NCBI GenBank assembly: GCA_964658305.1
Contig: OZ210885.1
Location: forward strand, 23,312,001 to 23,376,000
Direction of reading: 5' to 3'
From: Leptogorgia sarmentosa
Taxonomy: Eukaryota
DNA length: 64,000 bases
The notes under the pieces are model-generated. The model was not told the DNA's origin, did no database searches, and saw nothing but the letters and a program-made list of their open reading frames with translations. Position numbers and translations under genes: made by a program. This document shows positions 25,301 through 37,619 of the stretch, piece after piece; position 1 is the stretch's first letter, and each line of letters starts with the position of its first letter.

Positions 25301-28300
25301 CTTAGGTAGTCGCGATGTTCAGGGCTGACATAGAAAGAATAAAACATCTGCTCGATGTCGCACATCACTCCCACTCTTTCTCTACGGAAACGAATAAGAA
25401 CGCCAAGCAGACTGTTCATTAGATCAGGGCCAGGCAACAGAACTTTGTTTAACGACACACCATCAAACTCTGCCGATGCGTCGAACACAACGCGCACTTT
25501 AGTCGGTTTCTTGGGGTGGTACACTCCAAAGTGTGGGAGGTACCAGACACGGCCACTCTGATCCTTCTTTTCTTCCTGTGGTACGAGCGCCGCATGTCCC
25601 TTACTTATCATTGACTCCATAAACTTCAAATAGTCTTTCTCCATCTGTGGCTTACGCTTCAATGTCTTGATCAGGCCGTTGAGACGATGGACAGCTTGAG
25701 AGCGATTATTTGGCAGAACAGTGTCTGTTTGGCGAAATGGTAAAGGCATTTCCCAGTGTCCAGTGTCGTTTCTGTGGATCTTTTTCTCCATTATCTCAAG
25801 GAATTTCCGATCTTCAGTGGAAAGACTGACTTCATTATCAAGCGGGCTTGAGCGAAATATGTTACTCCCTATGATGCCATCTGTAATCTCCAATGTATTC
25901 GGGCATGGAACTACGTAATATTTCAAGCCATCTACTCCTCCTGAGATAGAAACTTCTGCTTCGTCAGTGCCATCTGGAATGACGCTTGTCTTTCGGGCTT
26001 CGACGTGGACAGGTCCGTTCAAGAAATTTAAGCATATTTGTCCGGTAATAGTCCATCCCAACAACAGCTTTTGTGCCCAAGGGGCACCCTTTTTTCCGTT
26101 CTTGAATGCTCGGACTTTCAATAGCTCAGGTGCATCACGGCCAAGAAGGACATGCACGCCTGCTCTTTCATCTAGTGGTGGAATCTCTCGAGCAATTTCT
26201 TGAAGATGAGGGAACCTTTGAGCTACTTCAGGGGTGGGTATCTCTCTCTTGTCGTCAGGGAAGTTATCACATTCAACAAGCGTTGGCAGGTTGACTTCTC
26301 TACCATTTGAAACAGATCTTATGACCAATCCGGAGACTCTTCGACCAAACTTAGTTTCCTTGCTACCACTGCATGTCGATAAGTAATATTTTTCCTTTGG
26401 ACCCTCTGCTCCAAGCATGTCTGCTAGCTCGCTGCTGATGAGGGAACTGTTGCTCTGGTCATCGATGATTGCATATACACGGCAGGATTCATTCGTTGCG
26501 TCTGGTTTGACAATGTCAACAAGCAAGAATTTACTACAAGAAATGCCACCGTTACTTTCGCCACATACTGCTGTACATTTATTTGTCACCTGCTCGGAAG
26601 CACTCTCCTCGCCATCAGCGGGGTTTACTTTATTCTCATCTTTACTTTCTTTCGCCACCTTTTCTTTGTGTAGCAATGCGAGGTGACGATCGTGTCCGCA
26701 AATGGAGCAGCTGATCTTGGCTTTGCACTGCTTCGCTTGATGTCCTTCTTTGAGGCATCGAAAACACAGTCCTGCTTTCTGTATCCACTCCGTTCTTTCG
26801 CTTAATGCTTTTGTTTCGAATGCTTTGCACTCAGTTAGTCCATGGCGATCACACTTGTGGTAGGGGCACCACTTCTTGACGGATTGTGATGGGTTCTTGC
26901 TTTCGCCATCTAAGCTCGTTCGCAGAGCCCTTTGATCTCTGGGTTTTTCTCTATATCTTTCAAGAGGGAGTTTCTGGAGATTGCCTGCAAGGATGTTCGG
27001 ATGGTTCTTGATCTTTGCTTGAGTCTTTACCACTTGAGTAAAAACGCTAAAGCCTGGGTATGCATCGTTGTGGGTTTCAGCATGTTTCACGACTTCCTTC
27101 TCCCACTTCGTTTTTATTGATGCTGGTAATTTTGCGACAATCGGGCGAATCGCTCCAGGGTAGTGTAGACAAGCCAATCCAGGTAGATTCTCGATCTGGC
27201 TGTTCACATCCACACATAGGTCAGCGAACTCTTGGAGTTTGGTGTTGTCTTTCTCTTGGAAGTTCGACAAGCTGTGTAGGCGTTCCAACAAGGCATTTGT
27301 TATGACAGCTGCACTTCCGAAGCGTGTCTCTAGTTCTTTCCAGAGGTTCTGAAGAAGGGCTGTGGGGTCATTCTGATGGCGTTTCCGGAAATTGTCTACA
27401 ACACGCTGGACTTCTCCACGGGTGAAACTGCGTAGATAATTAATCTCTTGTTCAGAGGTTACAGACGTGTCTTTGATCATAGCCTTGAAGGCTCTTTTCC
27501 AGGGATGAAAGAGTGTTGCATCACCACCAAAAATGTCTGGATGACACTTCGGCAGGTTTTGCCTTGCTAAACCAGCGACCACTTGTTGATTGGCTGATGT
27601 CAGCGACTCTATAAGTTGACTTCCGGTCGCATCTCCGACTTGGCTGAATTGGGTGGGGGGTTGCACATTAGGTATTTGATGTGGGCGACCGTTCACACTC
27701 CATAGTGGGACTGTACTGTTAAGGTTTAGTCTTGTGGTAAGCTTGGGAGATAGGAACTTGGTTGGTCATGTGAAGTGGGCTGTTGCCTACACTTATCACT
27801 GGAACTCTATTTGTAGATGGACCATCGAAAACATGGGGGTTGTAGCTAAAACTTGTTGATGGGGGTGGGCCGTTGAGGTTTGTGGTGGGACCTAGGGATA
27901 CGTGGGGATTTTCAAAGGGAGTTGTGTTTGAAATAGGATTCCCAAGATTTGTGGTAGGAAGGGGGGAAACGTGGGGGTTTTCACCAACAATTTCTTGTGA
28001 AGCAACCGAGTTTACCCAATCATCTGTTCTTTCTTCGGCTCTTACCTCTGGGACTTCAGGAAGACTGGCTCTCTCTCCTAGCTCCTGATCTTGCAAAGCC
28101 TCCTCGATGGCTTTCAGTTTTGCATTGGCAATGGCTACCTTCTTATCTGCGATCAATACTGCCATTTCTTTTGCGTGATCTAATTCTCGCTGACGGCAAT
28201 CATGCTCCTTTGCTGCCATCACCCGTTCGTACTCCGCGCTTTCTCTGACTGCGGCGGCTTCTGCTAGAGCGTTTAATCTAGTATAGCTACTCGTTGAAGA

Positions 28301-28738
28301 AGAGGATCGACGACTGCGGTGCGAGTGTGATCTTGAACGCCAGGAGGGGGCCTGCGAGCGTCTATCAGATTGCACAGTCTTGGTATTCTTAATCAAGCTA
28401 TGTGCTTTGCTAATAGTCTGTTCCTTTTTTTGCCAATCAGCTTCCTCCCTGAAATCTCCATATTTGTCCTGGTCTAGCAGGCATTTAAGCTCATTAGTTA
28501 TGAGTTCATACTCCTTAGTAACTTTTATGAGTTCCTCCATATGTTTCTCAGTAGTGTTGTTGTTACATTCCTCGACTTTCTTCATAAGGGTAATCAAATT
28601 GCTCCGGGTGCATATAGCTAACTCAACTTTGTCATTGACAGTGTTTTGAAAGACTTTACTCGACCGAGTAATTATCCTCTTTTGATTCTCCATAGTTTGA
28701 CTTGGTTCAAACGAGTCCTTGTCGCCTTTGATACTCAT
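22380..28738 (-). pseudogene. BEL/Pao gag-pol polyprotein (gag, zinc knuckles, PR, RT, RNase H, integrase) with three lesions
   Basis: CFRC..GH..C, AIIDDQSN, WYLPHFGV, CDIEQMF, NFYVDDGL, LHGFSDAS, IPRLEL, FDVFGP, RCDQGTNF and GGVWER. Frameshifts near 27720 and 25060; a tandem duplication near 22520-22560 introduces stops. Confidence 0.95.
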
Positions 28739-28803
28739 ACTCGTGTAATACGAAACTTTCGCTTACCTTTGATTTCTTTATTCTGCGAAATCAGAATTTT
28801 TAC

Positions 28804-29183
28804 TGTTGCGTTCTCGACACACCATGAGAGGTTGCTGCTGCGTCAAGTTCGCTTGAATTTAACCACTGCGTTGTGCAAACACACTCCAATTTATTTTAGC
28901 AAAATTGCACGTAAACAAAGCGGTAAAAACTAAGAATAATACAAGGAAAACGTGTAAATAAAGGCTATAACTAATATACATACTACTGATACAAACTACA
29001 AATACATATTACTAAACTTACTTCTGATTTTGACGATATATAAAGTACTTTTACTATAATAATAATTCGACTGTTTCTATCCTTTTGAAAAACAACGTGT
29101 TCGCTACGTCTTTGAGCCGGAAGTAATCTACCGCTAGGCGATCTACTTCATTTAAGTATAACATAATATCAACGAACGTCACA
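28804..29183 (-). repeat. BEL 5' LTR
   Basis: Direct repeat of 21967-22346. Confidence 0.95.
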
Positions 29184-31117
29184 GTGGAAATTAGCACTTT
29201 CACATGGCCATCTGGTAGGGAAACAGATTTTAGAATATGCTGAAACATTTCTATGAAATGAGTCCTTTGCCTGCATAGTCCCATTAACATACATGCCTTT
29301 CCCAAGTGACACCTTGAATGCTCTCCACACAAGAGCTGCCTGCTTCCTTGTTTGGCAATAAATAATAGTTCTTGCACATTTCCCCCCTTTTTCTTGCACT
29401 TCTGGTGACCTCATTGAAAATGTTTTGAAGTTCCAAGTCGTTATCAATATAATGAAAAGAGTACACTAAATTGGAACGTTCGGGACTTTTTTCAATGCAA
29501 ACCGTTTTCTCATTGCTTATATCTAGAACCTCAAAGATCTTACTTTTTGTATCTGAGGTTGCTGTAGCAGTACATACAACGAGGTTCTGCTCTTTGAAAT
29601 ATGAGCGAAGGTAGCCAATAATTGCCATACCATGCTCTGAAAGCTTCCTTTGTTCCTGCCAGTCCCCTAGAAAGTCGCAACAAAGTCATTCAACATTTCC
29701 TCACTTATCACATAACAAAATTTTATTCTTACCTTTTATGATAGCAATAGTTGAAGTATATGAGAACCTTGTTACATTCTTAGGACAATTTTTATGATTT
29801 ATTTTGAACAAATTGTAGACATGCACTTACCACTGACTAATACAATGAGCTTCATCAATAGCAATGCACACCCAGTCTTCCATGAATGACTGGGATTTCC
29901 ATATTTTTTCCCATCTTTTGGTGGCAAGCATCGACTCAGGAGATGTGAAAATTAAAGAATAGCATCCGTCTAAAATATCATCAAGTACATCTTCATTCTG
30001 ATCCTTGTAAACAGCAGCTGCACTTATTCCCAAGTGGTTTATCTTTACTTGATCGTGCATTAGTTAGACCAATGGGCATATGACAATGGCGGTGCTGGTC
30101 CCTATTACTTGCTCCAACAAAATATCAGTGAGCAAAGGAATACATTGAAAGACGATTGACTTTCCATAACCGGTACTTGCATACAAGAAAACGTCGTTTC
30201 CCTTAAAAAACGACTTAATGGCACTGATTTGGTCATCGTACAACTTATCAATTTGAAAAAAAAAAAAACTTGGCGCAGAGCGTCTTCAAAAATTTCCCAG
30301 ATCGCCATGTTTATATATCTCATCAGATGAGACATTAGTAAATTCATAAATTTGGGGTAATTATGCATAATAGTCATAAATTATCAACGAACCAATCACT
30401 TTTGATTACCACTTTTTTGGTAAAATCCACATGACTGAACAGCCTATTGCCTTCCAATTAGCAGACGCTATATGATACTTTACAGTTTACATGCGTCTGT
30501 GTTAGCGTCGGCTAAGATTATCCTTGCTGCTCTTATTTTTCGACAAGCTCTTGCAGCTTTTCGGGAAGCAAATTAGCAATCAATTGAGCTACGTTGTCAT
30601 CAATGGCTGGCTGGCCCCGTTTTTGCAGCAACTGAAACTCTTGGCTAGGTGTTTCCAGGATATTGGGGATGGTTGTACCTCGTTGAAATATTTCTTAACC
30701 ACGTCATGTGTTGTTTGTAGATCGGATGGTGGGTCTAGAACATTACAGTTATTAGTCGCATGATTGCTTGTCGCATCATCCTCTGGACTCACTTCATTGG
30801 CCACCATATATTCATCTTGCATATATTCTCTTGTATAGCAGTCATTATCAAGTAAAGCCTTATCAACCGCCTATCTTCCTCGGCCATGTAATACTGCAAA
30901 CCCAAAAATATATCACACGTAAATGCCTGATGAATCGGCATCCCACACTGATTGACTCACTAATAAATTTTCATGGCACCAATTCAGAAAAACAAAACAT
31001 TACTTTCCCTTGAACTGTGTGGTCGCCCCTTGCAAATTTGTTGACTGACAACGAATTGTAGCAAAGTTTCGAAGGAAACTTCAATACAGTAGTCATCTGC
31101 TTGGAATTATATAGCTG

Positions 31118-31390
31118 TAGGAAAATTCTGTAGGATAGTGCAAAGTTTCCAAGAAGACATTAAAATCATAAGTTTTTAAAAGAAAACTAAGGAAACATTG
31201 TTGATGTGATATGATAAAACATTCAATATTTTATTGTCAGAAAGCAACTGGCAGCAGCATGCGTGTTGATGCAAATCAAGCAAATCAGATACACCTCTGA
31301 CCTTTTTAAAATTATTTACACATTGTACGCATACTGAACAAATGATCTTAAATGAGTTAAATCATAAAGTGCATGCTACTTCTGCGTCAT
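31118..31390 (+). repeat. Dispersed repeat family, copy C (lacks the nested mini-MITE)
   Basis: AGGATAGTGCAAAGTTTC..CATTAAAATCATA..AAGAAAACTAAGGAAACATTGTTGA is shared with copies A and B. Confidence 0.7.
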
Positions 31391-31771
31391 TGCAGATGAC
31401 AAATTGAAAAACATTGAAACGGAACATAGATGCGAAACAGACAACATAACACGGTATGGTACAACCCCCCTTACAGTAAAAACGTTAATTTTTATTCCAT
31501 ACATTGCACATTAGGCAGCGATTCCTATAACTAATCGACAATCACTTCCCAACATCCAACAAACTACACAAAATTTTCAACCGACATAACATACAAATTA
31601 GTTACAGCTGCCTCGACAAACAATACACAACACTGCAACTGCAGAAGACCAAACGAGTGCCTGACAGAAGGCAAATGGCTAACAAAAAGCGTGGTATACA
31701 AAGCCAAAGTCACCACCACAGACGAAAATACAACTACCACATATATCTGAGTTACCGCCAACAAATTCAAA

Positions 31772-32026
31772 GGTCGGCACTAGATCATGGTGACCTTACG
31801 CACATATCCGCGACTGCTGTACATTCACGTCAGCGGTGATAGAAATTTCTCTTGGAGTATTCACAAAATAAACCAGTCCCAAACCATAACCAAAGGTTAG
31901 GGTCAGATTTATGGTTTGGGACTGGTTTATTTTGTGAATACGCCAAACGAAATTTCTATCACCGCTGACATGAATGTACAGCAGACGCAGATCTGTGCGT
32001 AAGGTCACCATGATCTAGTGCTGACC
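31772..32026. mobile_element. Long-TIR MITE family, copy 2
   Basis: Same TIRs as 15388-15702. TSD AAATTCAAA at 31763-31771 and 32027-32035. Confidence 0.85.
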
Positions 32027-32124
32027 AAATTCAAACCAAGCTACCGAAACCATGTGAAATCCTTTGAACATATGCTAACCATTGGATTTTGGGTTTATGT
32101 TTACATAGAAATCATTGAAGGTGA

Positions 32125-32880
32125 TGGATGAGCTTTTGTGCTACATTCACACAAAGTATCTCCACTAAAGCATAGCAACAACACAACGTATTTTACAGCC
32201 GAACTTCAAACGTCGCCCCAACACGTCATTCATGCAGTTTCTTTCACTGCAAAGAAACGTTCTTTCTGCAAATTTGAGAAATCTCCAGTTAAAATCTTTA
32301 AGTTCAAGATTAGCTCCAGGGACAGCAAGGATGTGATCACCAACAACCACACTACGATTACACCCACTCAGGTGCCATTTAAAATGTAAAGAGACTTGCA
32401 GCTCAAGCGTGTTAACCACCTCATCGCTTCAGAACATCTCACTGGACCAACTTGCCAACCTCCATGCCTATGTCTCTCGGTTATCAGCACCTAAAATCAT
32501 CTGGTGCGGCAATGGACCGCTAAAGAAACAGGAAGGCGTTCTTGTTGATGAAACAAGCTCAATAAAAATTGTTCTCTGGGAAAATCATGTTGATCAACTT
32601 CGAGGTTGAAAGAATGGGGGAAAGTATGTGAATACTCCTAAAACTGGTGAGTTTCTATCCAAAGCAGTGGAAAAGCTTGGAAATCTAGCGGATCATGATC
32701 CTATTACTGGAAACTATCTATACAAAGACAGCGACTATCATCGGGATCAACAGTGTTACAAAATCTTTATCTTGTCTTGGATGCCGAGGTAAAGTGCAAG
32801 TGGATGTAAACAGTACATTTGCTATTTGTAGCACCTGCAAGATGCGACAGAAAACGTCAGCTTGCATTGCAAATGGTTTG
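32125..32880 (+). pseudogene. RPA-like OB-fold/zinc-ribbon protein remnant (probably transposon-borne)
   Basis: VSPLK..YFTAELQT..AVSF..KSPVKI; LKKQEGVLVDETSSIKIVLWENHVDQL; SCLGC..ICSTC zinc ribbon. Frameshifted. Confidence 0.55.
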
Positions 32881-33552
32881 CAACTATGATTCAATGCAAG
32901 GACAACTCATCCCCTCATTCATAAGTGAACTGTGCCATGCAAAATGTGCAAGGACGAGCAGGAGAAGAAACCAAGAGACGAAAAAGCGAAATGAGGGAAG
33001 TAGTACCAGTGTGGGACACATATAGTGATATGTATCAGTGTAGGGTTTAGAGTAATGGAACAATAGTAATTTAATCAGTGTAATTAATAAAAATGATGAA
33101 ATGAAAAATTTAATCATGGTGGTGCGAGACTATATATGTCTGTGGGTCTAACGTATATATCGTTTTTTTATACTTTATTTTTTGCGTGCGAGGCTAATCC
33201 ATACTTATATCTTTGTTTTCTCATTACGTTGTTGGTTTTATGTATATTGCGTTTTGTCTTATCTCATGAATGTTGTTGGACAGTGAAGTAGCTAATTCAG
33301 TTTCATGTCAATACACTTGCGACAATACCTCATATGTAGTTAAAGTTTACCATTCTAAGCCCTTTAATATCACTTATTTTGCAACACATGTCGCAGCATA
33401 TTTCATTTTGATCCCTTTTCTTATTTTTGCAATAGTATTTGTATTTTAATTGCTCGTATATTGAGAAAGCGCCGAAATTATGCTTGACAAAATTCCAGCG
33501 TTACTCGTAGTTGTCTAGATCTTTTAGTCAGAAATTGCAGTATACATCTACA

Positions 33553-34305
33553 TAGGGATCCAAGGATAGTGCAAAGTTTCTAAGGCCTAGGTCGAACTTT
33601 TCATGCGCTGAACCTAATGCAAACGAGCTCAGACAGAGCTCAGACAAAGAACTTGGCTCATTAACATTAGGTTCGGCGCATGAGAAGTTCGACGTTTGAC
33701 CTAGGCCTTAGAAGGCATTAAAATCATATTTTTTAAAAGAAAACTAAGGAAACATTGTTGACGTGATACGAGAAAATAATCACTATTTTATTGTCTGGAA
33801 GCAACTGCCATCACAGCAGCGCGCATGTAAAGCAAATCAGATAAATCTCTGACCTTTTTGAAATTATATACACATCGTACTGAACAAACGATCTTAAAGG
33901 AGTCAAATCACAATGTGGCACGCTACTTCTGTGTCTTAATAAAATATCCAGTTTATTCACAGTATCAGCCAACGTTAAATTTACCTTTGTATGCCTATAT
34001 GTGGTTTAGTTCTTTTAGTATCGAAAATTCTGTAAATCCCCGGTATTTTCGGGCAAACAAACAGCCCAAGCTTAGTGATGCCGTCGACCAGTGTTGTAGA
34101 GTCGGAGACAGCGAAAACAAACACGAAAGCTATAAATGCGAAAGCTCGCAAATATGTTGCCTATCATCAACCAATTTAAAATATGTGATGAGTTCTACTG
34201 TGTTGCACATCTTAGTTTGCCCGCAATGTCGGCCAACTAAATTTTGAATATAAATACGCACGACAGCTGTTAACAGTACTAAATTGTCCATGAAAAATAC
34301 ACGTC
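33553..34305 (+). repeat. Dispersed repeat family, copy B (with the same nested mini-MITE at 33584-33707)
   Basis: Near-identical to 10649-11385. Confidence 0.8.
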
Positions 34306-34850
34306 CCCTTATTCAAACCCACTCAGCAGCTGTCAGAAGCTATAAATGAGCTTATGATCCAAAACGATCAAGAGTGTAAATATTATACCACTCAATATCG
34401 CTTTGTTTCTAGACCTGTAGCTAACGGTATGCAACGAATTCAGGAAATCGATCAGGATCATGCCTGACAAGACTGTATACGATTGTAATGACCCAAGCAC
34501 ATTTTAACGGTGGGTACACAAGCAATCGACGTCTTTTTGAGTTTCCCAACCTAAGCTATTATACGGTCAGGATAAATGAAGTTGTTGTTCAGCCTGAAAT
34601 TCGCAATTCACAAGAAGCTTATTTGCAACTAGGGGGAATATTAAATCGTGAAAACAGGGAAATGCCGTTTGATTATGATGCGTACACTACCAGCTATGGT
34701 TTTATTGCGATCGACCTGACTGAAAATAAAGATAGTTTTAATGAGGTATTACCAATTCCAACAAGTGGTGTTGTAAGTATTGATATGCAGCTGGGTCCGC
34801 CAAAACCAAATCATTTTTATTGGTGAATTTGGAAATCAATTGAAAGTTGG
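34306..34850 (+). pseudogene. Polinton/Maverick major capsid protein, C-terminal remnant
   Basis: IVMTQAHFNGGYTSN..FEF.NL..VRINE..EAYLQL..FDYDAY..YGFIAIDLT..GVVSIDMQ follows the pattern of the Polinton double-jelly-roll capsid C-terminus, and it lies next to a pPolB remnant. Confidence 0.6.
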
Positions 34851-35092
34851 TTAAAACACCACCACAAAAATTATACGATTTCTAAAAAAAAAAATATTAA
34901 AACTACTTCAAACAATGGTAAAAAGCATTTGTAATGGAATTAAATCATTGATTAACCATGAAGTGTTTAGACAGAACATATAAATGTCGCTCAAAAATAA
35001 GGACTTCTAAGTTGAAGACGTTAAAATCTAAAACGAAAACACGTGACAGGATTATAAATTATTATTTGAGTTTGACCCATCAAACTGTACAC

Positions 35093-35791
35093 ATAAATAT
35101 GTTATTTACCAGCTGGGAGGTCCGTACTGGAAAATATTTTGTCGAGGACGTTTTTGAGACCGAGACAATATTTTCCAGTACGGGCCGACCTAAATGGTAA
35201 ATAACTTATTTATTTTTTTCTCCTCGATGTTATGATAAAAGTCGTCAAATTCCAGTGTTGCGAACTAGATTTTGAGATCAGTTTGTTTGTTTACTTTGCT
35301 ACTCTATCGCAAGTATGGCTGCTAAACAGCCAAGACAAAGTGAGAAAAAACCCTTCAATATTGACGCATTTTCTTCCATATTCACGCTTTTCCACTCAAC
35401 ATTACAATGAAAAAGGTAAACTTGTTAAAATTATTTATTTTCCCGTTCGTTTCACGATACAAGCATGGTTAAAATACGCTTTAGACACTGAAACATTTTG
35501 CCAAGAATGTTTTGTTTTGTTTTGTTGATACTGACGAGACTTGTTTTTGTCGCTGTAAATACCCCCTAAAATATCCCTTAGCATAACAAAATGAACTTTC
35601 ATGTGTTCTTTACCGCCTAAATTCGTTTTGAATATTTTAATAAGCGGCCATTCAATTTTAAAAAACAAAAACATTGGCTATATTTGTATTAAATCTACGA
35701 GAATGCATGCAAGCGGCCGTACCATAGGATACAGACCGCTCGGCAACCAATCAAAAAGCTCTATTTAGGTTACGGACCGGAAAAAAATAAA
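35093..35791. repeat. Non-autonomous repeat with a 5' hairpin (Crypton-like)
   Basis: TTATTTACCA..GGTCCGTACTGGAAAA is inverted as TTTTCCAGTACGGGCC..TGGTAAATAA. The element ends in ..TACGGACCGGAAAAAAATAAA and has no TSD. Confidence 0.45.
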
Positions 35792-36109
35792 ACCACTTAT
35801 TTCAAAATATGGATGAACAGGGTATTGAGCAAGAAAACGAGAAAAATGTAGAATTGATGAACGAAAGCAACGATAAAAAAGACAAGGTTAATGACGACTG
35901 TGATTTTAGCGACAACATTAGCGAGGGTAACGATGATGATGATGAAAATGAACCTTAAAGTTTGAGGCGTGCTCAAGTGATGAGAGTAATAATGACGCTG
36001 TGGACACCAGCAGCAGTGACGAAGATGAGGAAAGCAATAATGAATTCGTAAAAGAGTTACTAACACAGCTATTAAGTGTGAATAAAATTAAGAAAAGAGA
36101 AGATATGAA

Positions 36110-36730
36110 AAAAAAACAAGCAATTTACCCTTCCATAAAAAATATTTAAAGTATGATATGAAGTATGAAGACAAGAGGTCAGAAATTAACACCAAAAATT
36201 ACAAGAAACCTAAAATTTTTAGCCAGTTCCATTTTAAATGTGAAATACCTGTTGGCATTGATCATTCTGACTGTAGAAGTTTAAGACACATTCTTTCAAA
36301 TAAAACACACACATTAGATAAGACATTGGTGTTAGTTGAAGACTATCGTTTGCACAGTTGCTTTAAAGAGGCCAATACGAATAATTGGGAGAGGAGAAAA
36401 ATGGGCAAATCCGTAAACAAGCTACAACTGATTGATGTTGAACAATTAAACTGCTTGATGAATTTATTAGAAAAGAGAGAAAGTAGCCATGAAATTGTGC
36501 ACAATTCAACTGTACATTGAGTTAATTGATAGTTATAAGAATATGCAAGATTCAGTTAAAAACAAAAGCTCTCAAGCGAAAAACGATATTGTAAATTTTA
36601 TGAGAAAAAAGACAAAGTACCAAGATATGTTGGGTACCGCTGCAGGGGAAGGGGAGCATGAGGAGGCATTGAAATTTTTAAACGATACTGGAATGCCTGC
36701 TTCTCATATATTAAGAATGGGTAGGGACGA
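36110..36730 (+). pseudogene. Degenerate intronless ORFs between the capsid and PolB remnants (probably Polinton genes)
   Basis: Overlapping AT-rich, Lys-rich ORFs 36158-36520 and 36489-36803 in Polinton context. I recognise no domain. Confidence 0.35.
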
Positions 36731-37619
36731 TGGGGACGATAACCCTTTGTCAAATCGTAACGCTTGCGGAAATTTAGCCAATTTCACACTCAGAAATAGG
36801 TAGCTATCGATAATCTTCAAGTTTAGTTTGGGTATTGATAGTTTCCTATTTACGAGCAGTTCGCGCAGTAGAAATACCTTGTCAAATCTTCCCCCGTTGT
36901 GTGCAATCCATACACTACTTTTTGGTTGTTGAAACATGAAGGTCACAAGTTCACTTACAATGTTGCCGTTGTTTTTTCAAAAACGTATTGTCGATAGCCG
37001 CAGCACTCAACAGGATCGATAGAAATATCACAGTTTAATTCTGTAGCATACCGTAAAAAGTACTCAAAATTTTTATTGAAAGGAATTTGATCACATAAGA
37101 TGCATACTTTTTGCACTATGCAGTAACATGGAATCATGAAATCGTTCTCATCAGTTTTTGTTTCAAAATCAAAAAAGTATAGCGTTGGCAGCGTGGAATT
37201 TGTCGTGCTCTTACAAGGTTTTACATAACAATGATGATCTATTTTGAGGTTCTTCCTACAGTGAAAACAAAATCGCTTACCGCAGTCATGTTTGACCGTT
37301 TTCGTCTTTGTTATACGAACAAAACGTTGGGTGATTTTATAACATTTTTTACAAAAGAACATATTGACAGGGTGTTACTTTACCTCCTTCTGATTTCTGC
37401 CCTTTAAAAATCCTATTAAAGTGCTACTGAAACGAAATTTTCGACCCCTTTTTTATTGTCTTACTCTCCTGATTTCGAAACCGCAAACAGAATTCAAATT
37501 GGCCCATTCGAACAGATTTTATAGCCTTCAAAAGTTGCGATTTTGGGCTACTTCCGTCCGAACTTTTGCGTCGCCATTTTCATGCTGTGTGACGTCATAA
37601 GATGAACACGTTCTCATCA

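Larger units (their letters stand above)
21967..29183 (-). mobile_element. Full-length BEL/Pao LTR retrotransposon, recent insertion
   Basis: Two 380-bp TG..CA LTRs and a 5-bp TSD GTGGA (21962-21966 and 29184-29188). Confidence 0.97.
20845..30308 (-). pseudogene. RecQ-family DEAH helicase, split by BEL and mariner insertions
   Basis: Walker A STGYGKS (about 30170), SPES, IDEAHCISQW|intron, CTATAT, IIYCQTRK, KVLIST|IAFGMGI|DIK and YLQECGRFGRDG, followed by a Cys-rich RQC-like tail. Confidence 0.85.

Noticed and set aside
22361..28649. Many plus-strand ORFs over the BEL element
   Set aside because: They are antisense shadows of gag-pol.
30430..31110. Coding-like stretch upstream of the RecQ gene
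   Set aside because: It has no long frame and no recognisable motif.
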